Assembly: GCA_032718475.1 (NCBI GenBank)
Contig: JAUCBJ010008794.1
Coordinates: forward strand, 62,001-126,000
Length of the DNA: 64,000 nt
Reading direction: 5' to 3'
Origin: Nemertoderma westbladi
Lineage: Eukaryota > Animalia > Xenacoelomorpha
The number at the start of each line of letters is the position of its first letter. The stretch's first letter is position 1. Positions 49,040 to 61,959 of the stretch are shown one piece after another. A program made the translations under genes and the position numbers. The notes beneath the pieces were generated by a model. The model was not told where the DNA came from, ran no database searches, and worked only from the letters and a program-made list of their open reading frames with translations.

Positions 49040-51271
49040 TTAGCCAGAATACTGACAGTGGCAATGGGTCGATAGGAGGAGACAAGAAGTGGATCCATTC
49101 ATCTACCCTTGTATGTGTTTAATAATTATTGTCGTATCAAAACTTTCTGGTACTGCACCTAAGCGGAAACAAGCATTCTGCATCTCTGACATTACTTCAC
49201 AAATATAATCGGGGTCCAGGGTTAGGAGGTGTTCGACGACCAATGTAGCAGTGTCGGGAGATTTACCTTTAGCCAAGGCAGTGATTGCCCTCTTTATCGT
49301 TGGCAATGAGATTGTTGGTGGAGGCGATTGACTAATAAGTTGAGCCAGATTCTTTAGCGTGTCGGATAAATCGTTGCTAGGAAGCTCAAATGAATCATGT
49401 GACCTCAAAAGTCCTTCGCGGATTTTTGTATTGGTGTTAGAGGGTGGCGACATGTTGTACTTGACATTTATCCCACTCCAAAATCGCCGAGGGTTAGATT
49501 TAAAAGCATGCACAGTTCTTCCAACCATATGACTAACTTTTCTATTGGCCAACCAGTTCTTTAGGCGTCTTACACCTTTTTTGGATTCTTTGAAATCTCC
49601 AATGTCCAATTTCACTCTCATTTGGTTTCCCCTCTTTGACCCTCAGATTGTAAAGATCTATTGTCACCCTTGATCGTTCCTTCAGTGCGGCAGAGCGTAT
49701 ACGGATATTCTTAGTTTTTTTTTCCAATTTCTTATAATTGGGAATGATGATGCTGCCGATGTTGATAGAATATTTTGAAGCCCACCAGCAAAGTAATCAA
49801 GATCAACCATATTGCATAGTGAGGAATGTTTAGATATTATGTTCTTGACTATGCCAAGCTTGTACAATACAGAAAGTCTACATTTCTCAATGTTCTCCTT
49901 CGTGATTCTGTTCCAAGCGTAGCGTTTCAACCTGAATCCATGAGTTGGAGAATTTATGTCATCAGTTCTCTTGTGATCAGAGATTGCACATTCAGAGATC
50001 AAACATTTCGAGGTATTATGGTCCAACACTTCACCTGATATTTGTAGTGATCTTCCAGCTTCAGTTGTTAAAATATGGTCTATATATGAGTGACAATCAT
50101 TCCGACAGAATGAGAAGGTGGGCCCTTTGAAAAGTGACGAAGAGAGTGTATCAACTGCTTTCATATCATTATTAATGAGGAATCTCTCAAGTTTCAATTC
50201 CCTTCTTGTGTGCTTCATGCGACTATATCTTGAGCCACCTGTGGCGCCAAGGTCAACATTGGTGTCTGACAGTATGAATGGGATACAGTCATTATGAAAA
50301 CTGATTAGCTCTTCTAACCTCTTCTAATCTTGCTTGCTGGAGTCTGGTGCGTAGCCTGATATGAAAAGAAGAGGTTTGTCATACCCATCAACCATAGCTC
50401 ATATACCAATTATGTCATCACCAGTGCACCTGTAGTCCAAGTATGTCACAGTAATCAAGGAGCTCAGTTATGTAGTCAGCAGAGGAACAGAAACCATAAC
50501 AGTTGAATGTGGCTGCTATAATCCGATCGGCATTTCCTAGTAAATGTAGTCATGCCCTTGTTTCGTTCGCCTGAAATTATGTTGTCTTTTTGTCAAAGAC
50601 ACTGCCGGGACCATTCAGGTGTCCTGGGATAGTAGCCTAGGGATAGTTTAAGAATCGTATCAGAGAGGATGTGTATCTGTTTGATCTGACCTGGCACCAT
50701 TGAATCCATTTGGTGAGAGATACAGTCCACCTTTGTCTGATGCTGAGTCTGAAATCTGTTGTGCACAAAATCAGGATGGTGATGGTCTTCAGTTTGGTTA
50801 GGTAATGGTGGATAGTCTACAATGACATTTGTTGCTGTGTTGGGTGAGTTTGCCTTGTTCTGGCAGTGTGTCAAGGATTTACTAGAGTGTGTCAGGTAAG
50901 GTCGATGATTATCATCATTCCTGTAGTCAGAGTCATGTCCATTAACTGCACTAACTCCCTTCGATGTTACTCTTGACAATAATCCAACATCATTCGGTGT
51001 CTTATTCCACACTCTGCAGTGCATCCCATTGGACCAGAACCCATCCTGACAAATTCGATAGACATTCCTTTCATCTATAATTGCACGAAAATTTCTGCCA
51101 TTTCTAAAGTTGCGTGTTGTAATACGATAGACGTTGATTCTATGTTCCTCAAGGAAGGTGATCACGTCATCCTCTGAATTGTCCATGCTCACACCGGAAA
51201 TGTGAACCACCTGAACATGGACAGGGTTATCCGGATATAACTCAACATTTTATTGCATGGCTGAAAATTTA

Positions 51272-54200
51272 TTTATACCTGGTGGGAGTGGCTGTCCCTC
51301 CTTGATGCCTTTCTTTATACCTGGTGGGAGTCGCTGTCCCTCTTTGATGCCTTTCTTTATACCTGGTGGGAGTGGCTGTCCCTCCTTGATGCCTTGTTAT
51401 ACCTGGTGGGATTGGCTGTCCCTCCCTGGTGGGAGTGTCTGTCCCTCCTTGATGCCTTTCTTTATACCTGGTGGGAGTGGCTGTCCCTCCTTGGTGCCTT
51501 GTTATACCTGGTGGCAGTGGCTGTCCCTCCCTGGTGGGAGTGGCTGTCCCTCCCTGGTGGGAGTGGCTGTCCCTCCCTGGTGGGAGTGTCTGTCCCTCCT
51601 TGATGACTTCTTTATACCTGGTGGGAGTGGCTGTCCCTCCTTGATGACTTCTTTATACCTGGTGGGAGTGGCTGTGCCTCCTTGATGCCTTTCTTTATAC
51701 CTGGTGGGAGTGGCTGTGCCTCATTGATGACTTCTTTATACTTGGTGGGAGTGGCTGTCCCTCCTTGATGACTTCTTTATACCTGGTGGGAGTGGCTGTC
51801 CCTCCTTGATGCCTTTCTTTATACTTGGTGGGAGTGGCTGTCCCTCCTTGATGACTTCTTTATACCTGGTGGGAGTGGCTGTCCCTCCTTGATGACTTCT
51901 TTATACCTGGTGGGAGTGGCTGTCCCTCCTTGATGACTTCTTTATACCTGGTGGGAGTGGCTGTCCCTCCTTGATGCCTTTCTTTATACCTGGTGGGGGT
52001 GGCTGTGCCTCATTGATGCCTTTCTTTATACCTGGTGGGAGTGGCTGTCCCTCCTTGATTCCTTTCTTTATACTTGGTGGGAGTGGCTGTCCCTCCTTGA
52101 TGACTTCTTTATACCTGGTGGGAGTGGCTGTCCTTCCTTGATGCCTTTCTTTATACCTGGTGGGAGTGGCTGTCCCTCCTTGATGCCTTTCTTTATACCT
52201 GGTGGGAGTGGCTGTCCTTCCTTGATGCCTTTCTTTATACCTGGTGGGGGTGGCTGTCCCTCCTTGATGACTTCTTTATACCTGGTGGGGGTGGCTGTGC
52301 CTCATTGATGCCTTTCTTTATACCTGGTGGGAGTGGCTGTCCCTCCTTGATGCCTTTCTTTATACCTGGTGGGAGTGGCTGTCCTTCCTTGATGCCTTTC
52401 TTTATACTTGGTGGGAGTGGCTGTCCCTCCTTGATGCCTTTCTTTATACCTGGTGGGAGTGGCTGTCCCTCCTTGATGACTTCTTTATACTTGGTGGGAG
52501 TGGCTGTCCCTCCTTGATGCCTTTCTTTATACTTGGTGGGAGTGGCTGTCCCTCCTTGATGACTTCTTTATACCTGGTGGGAGTGGCTGTCCCTCCTTGA
52601 TGACTTCTTTATACTTGGTGGGAGTGGCTGTCCCTCCTTGATGCCTTTCTTTATACTTGGTGGGAGTGGCTGTCCCTCCTTGATGACTTCTTTATACCTG
52701 GTGGGAGTGGCTGTCCCTCCTTGATGCCTTTCTTTATACTTGGTGGGAGTGGCTGTCCCTCCTTGATGACTTCTTTATACCTGGTGGGAGTGGCTGTGCC
52801 TCATTGATGCCTTTCTTTATACCTGGTGGGGGTGGCTGTGCCTCCTTGATGCCTTTCTTTATACCTGGTGGGAGTGGCTGTCCTTCCTTGATGCCTTTCT
52901 TTATACCTGGTGGGAGTGGCTGTCCCTCCTTGATGCCTTTCTTTATACCTGGTGGGAGTGGCTGTCCCTCCTTGATGCCTTTCTTTATACCTGGTGGGAG
53001 TGGCTGTCCCTCCTTGATGCCTTTCTTTATACTTGGTGGGAGTGGCTGTCCCTCCTTGATGCCTTTCTTTATACTTGGTGGGAGTGGCTGTCCTTCCTTG
53101 ATGCCTTTCTTTATACCTGGTGGGAGTGGCTGTCCTTCCTTGATGCCTTTCTTTATACCTGGTGGGAGTGGCTGTCCCTCCTTGATGCCTTTCTTTATAC
53201 CTGGTGGGAGTGGCTGTCCCTCCTTGATGCCTTTCTTTATACTTGGTGGGAGTGGCTGTCCCTCCTTGATGACTTCTTTATACCTGGTGGGAGTGGCTGT
53301 CCCTCCTTGATGACTTCTTTATACCTGGTGGGAGTGGCTGTCCCTCCTTGATGCCTTTCTTTATACCTGGTGGGAGTGGCTGTCCCTCCTTGATGCCTTT
53401 CTTTATACCTGGTGGGAGTGGCTGTCCCTCCTTGATGCCTTTCTTTATACTTGGTGGGAGTGGCTGTCCCTCCTTGATGCCTTTCTTTATACCTGGTGGG
53501 AGTGGCTGTCCCTCCTTGATGCCTTTCTTTATACTTGGTGGGAGTGGCTGTCCCTCCTTGATGACTTCTTTATACCTGGTGGGAGTGGCTGTCCCTCCTT
53601 GATGACTTCTTTATACCTGGTGGGAGTGGCTGTCCCTCCTTGATGCCTTTCTTTATACCTGGTGGGAGTGGATGTCCCTCCTTGATGCCTTTCTTTATAC
53701 CTGGTGGGAGTGGCTGTCCCTCCTTGATGCCTTTCGTTATACCTGGTGGGAGTGGATGTGCCTCCTTGATGCCTTTCTTTATACCTGGTGGGGGTGGCTG
53801 TGCCTCCTTGATGCCTTTCTTTATACCTGGTGGGGGTGGCTGTGCCTCCTTGATGCCTTTCTTTATACCTGGTGGGAGTGGCTGTCCCTCCTTGATGCCT
53901 TTCTTTATACCTGGTGGGGGTGGCTGTGCCTCATTGATGACTTCTTTATACTTGGTGGGAGTGGCTGTCCCTCCTTGATGACTTCTTTATACCTGGTGGG
54001 AGTGGCTGTCCCTCCTTGATGACTTCTTTATACCTGGTGGGAGTGGCTGTCCCTCCTTGATGCCTTTCTTTATACCTGGTGGGAGTGGCTGTCCCTCCTT
54101 GATGCCTTTCTTTATACCTGGTGGGAGTGGCTGTCCTTCCTTGATGCCTTTCTTTATACTTGGTGGGAGTGGCTGTCCTTCCTTGATGCCTTTCTTTATA

Positions 54201-57200
54201 CCTGGTGGGAGTGGCTGTCCCTCCTTGATGCCTTTCTTTATACTTGGTGGGAGTGGCTGTCCCTCCTTGATGCCTTTCTTTATACCTGGTGGGAGTGGCT
54301 GTCCCTCCTTGATGCCTTTCTTTATACTTGGTGGGAGTGGCTGTCCCTCCTTGATGACTTCTTTATACCTGGTGGGAGTGGCTGTCCCTCCTTGATGACT
54401 TCTTTATACCTGGTGGGAGTGGCTGTCCCTCCTTGATGCCTTTCTTTATACCTGGTGGGAGTGGATGTGCCTCCTTGATGCCTTTCTTTATACCTGGTGG
54501 GGGTGGCTGTGCCTCCTTGATGCCTTTCTTTATACCTGGTGGGAGTGGCTGTCCCTCCTTGATGCCTTTCTTTATACTTGGTGGGAGTGGCTGTCCCTCC
54601 TTGATGACTTCTTTATACCTGGTGGGAGTGGCTGTCCCTCCTTGATGACTTCTTTATACCTGGTGGGAGTGGCTGTCCCTCCTTGATGCCTTTCTTTATA
54701 CCTGGTGGGGGTGGCTGTGCCTCCTTGATGCCTTTCTTTATACCTGGTGGGAGTGGCTGTCCTTCCTTGATGCCTTTCTTTATACCTGGTGGGGGTGGCT
54801 GTCCCTCCTTGATGCCTTTCTTTATACTTGGTGGGAGTGGCTGTCCTTCCTTGATGCCTTTCTTTATACCTGGTGGGAGTGGATGTGCCTCCTTGATGCC
54901 TTTCTTTATACCTGGTGGGGGTGGCTGTGCCTCATTGATGCCTTTCTTTATACCTGGTGGGGGTGGCTGTGCCTCATTGATGCCTTTCTTTATACCTGGT
55001 GGGAGTGGATGTGCCTCCTTGATGCCTTTCTTTATACCTGGTGGGGGTGGCTGTACCTCCTTGATGCCTTTCTTTATACCTGGTGGGAGTGGCTGTCCCT
55101 CCTTGATGCCTTTCTTTATACTTGGTGGGAGTGGCTGTCCCTCCTTGATGACTTCTTTATACCTGGTGGGAGTGGCTGTCCCTCCTTGATGACTTCTTTA
55201 TACCTGGTGGGAGTGGCTGTCCCTCCTTGATGCCTTTCTTTATACCTGGTGGGAGTGGCTGTCCCTCCTTGATGCCTTTCTTTATACCTGGTGGGAGTGG
55301 ATGTGCCTCCTTGATGCCTTTCTTTATACCTGGTGGGGGTGGCTGTGCCTCCTTGATGCCTTTCTTTATACCTGGTGGGAGTGGCTGTCCCTCCTTGATG
55401 CCTTTCTTTATACTTGGTGGGAGTGGCTGTCCCTCCTTGATGACTTCTTTATACCTGGTGGGAGTGGCTGTCCCTCCTTGATGACTTCTTTATACCTGGT
55501 GGGAGTGGCTGTCCCTCCTTGATGCCTTTCTTTATACCTGGTGGGAGTGGCTGTCCCTCCTTGATGCCTTTCTTTATACCTGGTGGGAGTGGATGTGCCT
55601 CCTTGATGCCTTTCTTTATACCTGGTGGGGGTGGCTGTGCCTCCTTGATGCCTTTCTTTATACCTGGTGGGAGTGGCTGTCCCTCCTTGATGCCTTTCTT
55701 TATACTTGGTGGGAGTGGATGTGCCTCCTTGATGCCTTTCTTTATACCTGGTGGGAGTGGCTGTGCCTCATTGATGCCTTTCTTTATACCTGGTGGGAGT
55801 GGCTGTGCCTCATTGATGCCTTTCTTTATACCTGGTGGGAGTGGCTGTCCCTCCTTGATGCCTTTCTTTATACTTGGTGGGAGTGGCTGTCCCTCCTTGA
55901 TGACTTCTTTATACCTGGTGGGAGTGGCTGTGCCTCATTGATGCCTTTCTTTATACCTGGTGGGGGTGGCTGTGCCTCCTTGATGCCTTTCTTTATACCT
56001 GGTGGGGGTGGCTGTGCCTCCTTGATGCCTTTCTTTATACCTGGTGGGGGTGGCTGTGCCTCATTGATGCCTTTCTTTATACCTGGTGGGAGTGGCTGTC
56101 CTTCCTTGATGCCTTTCTTTATACCTGGTGGGGGTGGCTGTGCCTCCTTGATGCCTTTCTTTATACCTGGTGGGGGTGGCTGTGCCTCCTTGATGCCTTT
56201 CTTTATACCTGGTGGGAGTGGCTGTCCCTCCTTGATGCCTTTCTTTATACCTGGTGGGAGTGGCTGTCCCTCCTTGATGCCTTTCTTTATACCTGGTGGG
56301 GGTGGCTGTGCCTCCTTGATGCCTTTCTTTATACCTGGTGGGAGTGGCTGTCCCTCCTTGATGCCTTTCTTTATACCTGGTGGGAGTGGCTGTCCCTCCT
56401 TGATGCCTTTCTTTATACCTGGTGGGATGGCTGTCCCTCCCTGGTGGGAGTGGCTGTCCCTCCTTGATGCCTTTCTTTATACCTGGTGGGAGTGGCTGTC
56501 CCTCCTTGATGCCTTTCTTTATACCTGGTGGGAGTGGCTGTCCTTCCTTGATGCCTTTCTTTATACCTGGTGGGGGTGGCTGTCCCTCCTTGATGCCTTT
56601 CTTTATACTTGGTGGGAGTGGCTGTCCTTCCTTGATGCCTTTCTTTATACCTGGTGGGGGTGGCTGTGCCTCCTTGATGCCTTTCTTTATACCTGGTGGG
56701 GGTGGCTGTGCCTCCTTGATGCCTTTCTTTATACCTGGTGGGAGTGGCTGTCCCTCCTTGATGCCTTTCTTTATACCTGGTGGGAGTGGCTGTCCCTCCT
56801 TGATGCCTTTCTTTATACCTGGTGGGGGTGGCTGTGCCTCCTTGATGCCTTTCTTTATACCTGGTGGGAGTGGCTGTCCCTCCTTGATGCCTTTCTTTAT
56901 ACCTGGTGGGAGTGGCTGTCCCTCCTTGATGCCTTTCTTTATACCTGGTGGGAGTGGCTGTCCCTCCTTGATGCCTTTCTTTATACCTGGTGGGAGTGGC
57001 TGTCCCTCCTTGATGCCTTTCTTTATACCTGGTGGGAGTGGCTGTCCTTCCTTGATGCCTTTCTTTATACCTGGTGGGGGTGGCTGTGCCTCCTTGATGC
57101 CTTTCTTTATACCCTTTCTTTATACTTGGTGGGAGTGGCTGTCCCTCCTTGATGCCTTTCTTTATACCTGGTGGGAGTGGCTGTCCCTCCTTGATGCCTT

Positions 57201-57654
57201 TCTTTATACCTGGTGGGAGTGGCTGTCCTTCCTTGATGCCTTTCTTTATACCTGGTGGGGGTGGCTGTCCCTCCTTGATGCCTTTCTTTATACCTGGTGG
57301 GGGTGGCTGTCCCTCCTTGATGCCTTTCTTTATACCTGGTGGGAGTGGCTGTCCCTCCTTGATGCCTTTCTTTATACCTGGTGGGAGTGGCTGTCCTTCC
57401 TTGATGCCTTTCTTTATACCTGGTGGGAGTGGCTGTCCCTCCTTGATGCCTTTCTTTATACCTGGTGGGGGTGGCTGTCCCTCCTTGATGCCTTTCTTTA
57501 TACCTGGTGGGAGTGGCTGTGCCTCCTTGATGCCTTTCTTTATACCTGGTGGGAGTGGCTGTCCCTCCTTGATGCCTTTCTTTATACCTGGTGGGAGTGG
57601 CTGTGCCTCATTGATGCCTTTCTTTATACCTGGTGGGAGTGGCTGTCCCTCCTT
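51272..57654. repeat. 42/41-bp minisatellite, ~150 units, 6.4 kb
   Basis: Unit TTTATACCTGGTGGGAGTGGCTGTCCCTCCTTGATGCCTTTC, with a 41-bp GATGACTTC variant. Confidence 0.97.
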
Positions 57655-58111
57655 CATACCTTGCCAGTCCTTTTCTTATCTACTTTCCGGTGTTCTTCGC
57701 TGGAATAATTTGGTTCAGCAAGAGCTGAGAAGGGATTGTTGCTAAGGCGACAAGTGGTGGGCTTACAATGAGTATTGAGCTTTGAATCCGTTAATGGGCC
57801 ACGAATTGTATGGCGAAGTGGAGGTCGCTGCCACTTGTAGTCATTTGAATAATTATCCTTATTGATATTGTTTTGAAAGTTCATGGCAAATGTGGAAGCA
57901 TGCTCGTATATGTTATATCCATTCATTCTGGATTTAGGTCCATTTAATTTGGGTTGAGATAATCTTCCTCTTGTAATGAGATTCTCATCAGTTGAATCAC
58001 CGGAACAATATGCACTATACAATATACCTCACATTAATAACTTTCTAATATCATCAAATCATATAAATGTACATTTGTGGAAACATTATCTATATTTCAA
58101 ATAAAACCAAC

Positions 58112-58544
58112 CTGAGAATCCCATGTCCCAAACTTCCTTGATGTTCATTGTGTAATTGTTTCTCTCGCTATTGATGTACCACATCTCCGACCATTTTGGC
58201 TCATTGATATAATACCTCGTCTGACTGCTGACCTCTCGTTTCTTTCTTTTAAGAACCTTCTGTTGCTGAACCCATGAGACTCTATGGTCTCGGCGCAGTC
58301 TTCGGTGCAGTGAGAGATGAGGAACAACCGACCTCTTGCGGGTCTTTCGGGAATTTATTAAATATATGTCGCTACCTTGAATCACCTCGTGCAACAACTG
58401 GAGTCCATGGTGATTGGCAGTTGCGTGGGCGTGGTCTTTGCCGGCGGGGATGTGAACTAGCCATTGTTGATTGTAAACATTAGCCGATAAAATAATTTGT
58501 AGACAAGCCAAAAGTAACACCACCAACGTCCCTTGTGTTGCCAT
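58112..58544 (-). CDS. Proprotein convertase exon 1 (signal peptide, prodomain, RKKR cleavage site)
   Basis: MATQGTLVVLLLACL, KTRKRS, VSWVQQQKVLKRKKR, EPKWSEMWY, MNIKEVWDMGFSG; phase-1 GT donor at 58111 matches the acceptor at 46240, giving a ~710 aa protein. Confidence 0.92.
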
Positions 58545-59232
58545 GTATGTAATAAGTAACTGCCAGAAAATCAATATTATTGGTTAAAATGTATTTGTCC
58601 AATTGTTCTAAAACATGCTACAGTATATATACAGTAGCTATTATTTTTATTGGCAAAAATGTAAGATAAATGTAAATGTAAGATATACCGGTAATTTAAT
58701 TCTCAATTATACAATTGCCTAGAATAATTTATGAGTCATGGTGTAGCTAGTAATTTTTATTTGATAGTCAAAGTAGCTAGTAATTATTCACTAGCTAGTT
58801 TTTTTATACAAAATATAGGCAGAAGTCAAAATATAGTTTTTACTTATTTTTCTTATTTAGGCCTATTTTACTTATTACTAGATTTATTTATCTTCTTATT
58901 AGTCATTTCGAGAATATATTGATGATATGGAAATTGTATAAATAAAAGGGGCACTACAAAATTTCTTTTGTAATTTTAAGATCACTAGCTACCTTTAAAA
59001 AAACTAGCTACCATAATAAAAAATAATAGCTAACCTCTCTCAGAAGGTCGACATAATTTATGTTCTAGAACAAAAAACCTTCTTGATAATATCCATTAGC
59101 ATGGTCCAAAATATCATTTTGTAATTTTAAGATCACAAGCTAGGTACTACCTTTAAAAACACTAGCTACCTTAATAAAAAATAATAGGTAACCTCTCTCA
59201 GATGGTGAAATTTATGTTCTAGAACGAAAAAC

Positions 59233-59979
59233 GGTACTAGTGTGTTATAGGTACACCCCCCCCCCCCCCTCAAATGTTTTTAACTAGCTAGTTTTTGCTA
59301 TTTCTTTTTATGAAATGTTCTAGAACATGATATACATTTGAAAAAAAATAATATAATGTTCTAGAACAAATATTTTTTATTCTAGAACAAATTTTAAAAA
59401 AGCTTACACATTTTATTTTTTGTTAGTTATGTTTTATTTGATGTCAAGGAAATTGAATTTTCTAGAATATTCGAATTTCTACAGCTAAGATTTGACTTTC
59501 GCCCAACAACTAGCTGAGTTTCGTTGGAAGCTTCTACACAAAGAAAACCCATTTCATGTTAATTTTTTAATTTTAATTAGCTATTAAAAAAATACTAGCT
59601 ACCCCCCCCCCCCCCAAACCCATCTTGCCAGCAACGATTAAAAATTATATGAAACAAATTCTAAATAAAATAAAATAAAAATTTTTATATTTTATGAACT
59701 GTTCTAGAACAAAAACTATTTGTTCTAGAACTTTTTTTTCTAGTTCTAAATAGCTACCATGTTCTAGAATATTATTAAAAAATATAAATAGTACATTACA
59801 TTTTTTAATTTTTTTATAAATTGTTCTAGAACAAAAAATATTTTTTCTAGAACATATACTATATATATTTTAATAGCGAACAAGTTCTAGAACATGTTTA
59901 TAAAAAGAAATAGCAAAAACTAGCTCGTAAAAAAAATTTGAGGGGGGGGGGGGGGTGTACCCTATAACACACTAGTGCC
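59233..59979. mobile_element. Merlin-like MITE/foldback element
   Basis: TIRs GGTACTAGTGTGTTATAGG / CCTATAACACACTAGTGCC extending >80 bp; 8-bp TSD CGAAAAAC at 59225-59232 and 59980-59987. Confidence 0.75.
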
Positions 59980-61959
59980 CGAAAAACATCATGATAATAT
60001 CCAATAACATGGTAAAAAATTGATCAAAAATAGGTACGGTACCAATAATTTGGTTTTGTAATTTTAAAAACAGTAGCTACCATAAAAAACAATAACTAAC
60101 GTCTAACAGAAGATGACATTAATGTTTTAAAACAAAAATCCTCAAGATAATAGCCATTAACATTGTCAAATAAATGGTGAAAAAGTGGGTACCCATAACA
60201 TAGTAGTGCCCTAGAACATATTGTTTATTCAATACTTTTTTTATAAATTTTGTTCTAGAACAAATAATTGTTGTTCTAGAATATGTTCTATTAAATAATT
60301 CGGTTTTTGGTTATTATCAAAGCTAGTTTTTCTTACTTGTTTTTTTAAATGTTCTCGAACATATCGTATTAATTTCTGTAAAAAGTAATGTTCTAGAACA
60401 AATATTGTTTGTTCTAGAATTTTTTAATATAAATTGTTTTTTTGTGGTGTTCTTTTATTTGATTAGTATTAAAAACAATTACTAAGAACTACAAATTTTC
60501 ATTGTAACTAGTGATTTTTATTAAATATGTGATACAAAGATAACATACTGTACAAAATACATTAACAAATTAGCTAGTTTTTTGTTCTAGAAAAAAAAAT
60601 ATTTGTTCTAGAACAACAATATTAAATCAATAGATCATATGTTCTAGAACATTTTTAAGAAAAAAAAGTAACAAAAACTAGATAGCATAAAAAATTTGGC
60701 GGGGGGGGGGGGGGCAGAACAAAAAATATATGTTCTGGAACATCATTTTTTTTTAATAAATAGGCCTAGCTAACATGTTCTAGAACACTTCAAACAAAAG
60801 TAGCAAAAACTAGCTAGTATAAAAAATTTGGAGGTGGTGTACGGCTGCAATAGTAGTACCCGTTCTGAAATTTCACCTTCACTAACACTGTATAACTAAT
60901 TAATAGTAGCTACAGTAGTATTATTTAATTACACAATGGTGCTGAATTGACATCAAATTTGCGATAACTTTATTACTTCTAATTCAAAAGGCCACACAAC
61001 TGTACAGTTGCCCTTGCCACCCGGACAATAGCCCTACGCTACAGTTAACACCCAGACAACAGCCCTGCGGTACAGTTTCCACCCGGACAATAACCCTACG
61101 GTACCCGGACATAACCCCGCGGTACAGTTTCCACCCGGACAGTAGCCCCCAAACAATAGCCCCCCCCCCCCCCCCCATACAAACTTAAAAGGATTAAACG
61201 CTTAGCGAAATAGTAACAATAATTAATATCTAGAATATGGTCAAAAAACTTATAGAATTATATTGCTTTACCTTTACGTCTAAAACTGTATAGCAAAAAT
61301 TTAGTTCCAGAAAATAAAATAAATTCCAGAAAACTAATTCGATAGAAATAAATATAAATAGAAACATATCCTTTGTGAATTGGAAATAAGCTCAATGTAG
61401 ATAGGCCTACAACAATAATATATAATATTCGTACATTTGACCTAATGTTAATTAATGCAATTAGAAAACAAAGAAAAAAACAAAAGTGTGAGAAAAATAA
61501 TAAATAAAAGAACATGTCAACTTTATGTGTTAGTACTGATCAAACCTTGTTTGGGGGGCTAATGTCCAGGGCACCACCGGGGGCTATTGTTTAGGTAATC
61601 CGCGCGCTCGGTAATAAAGCTCCTCTGGTGTTTCATACCAAAGGTCGCCGTTCACAGAGGCCGCTCGCCGCGGCCGCCCGCCGCTGCCGCTCGCCGCTCC
61701 TGTGGTGTATCATGGCCTTAAGAATAACGTGCCACTGTACTCTACGGTAAATAATCTCACACCCTACAATCGCTATCATCCGTGGATAATATTCCATTAC
61801 AAACGGTTTAAAATAATATTGATTGATAATTATATTATTATTTAATTAGTTGTCAAGGAAGTTAAGTAAAAACTCTTACCGGTAGATATGCAACGCCCAA
61901 AGGATGTCAAAATTCAACAAGCAACTGGACATAGACGGTTGCATGCAATCAGTGATCAG

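Larger units (their letters stand above)
47620..58022 (-). mobile_element. Degenerate L2/CR1-group LINE in the convertase intron
   Basis: ORF1 RRM-like 51210-50593 (FWSNG..CRVW); EN YIDHIL/SDH; RT YRPIA, DMTAAFD.V, KGVKQG, LSPFLF. Interrupted by a MITE and a 42-bp array. The 5' extent is uncertain. Confidence 0.7.

Noticed and set aside
51257-57745. Many plus-strand ORFs (PFFIPGGSGCPSLM, YTWWEW)
   Set aside because: Translations of the minisatellite, broken by 41-bp units.
61010-61720. Short CCCGGACA repeats and a GC-rich patch as a promoter or CpG island
   Set aside because: They resemble MITE remnants; no paired ends or transcript evidence.
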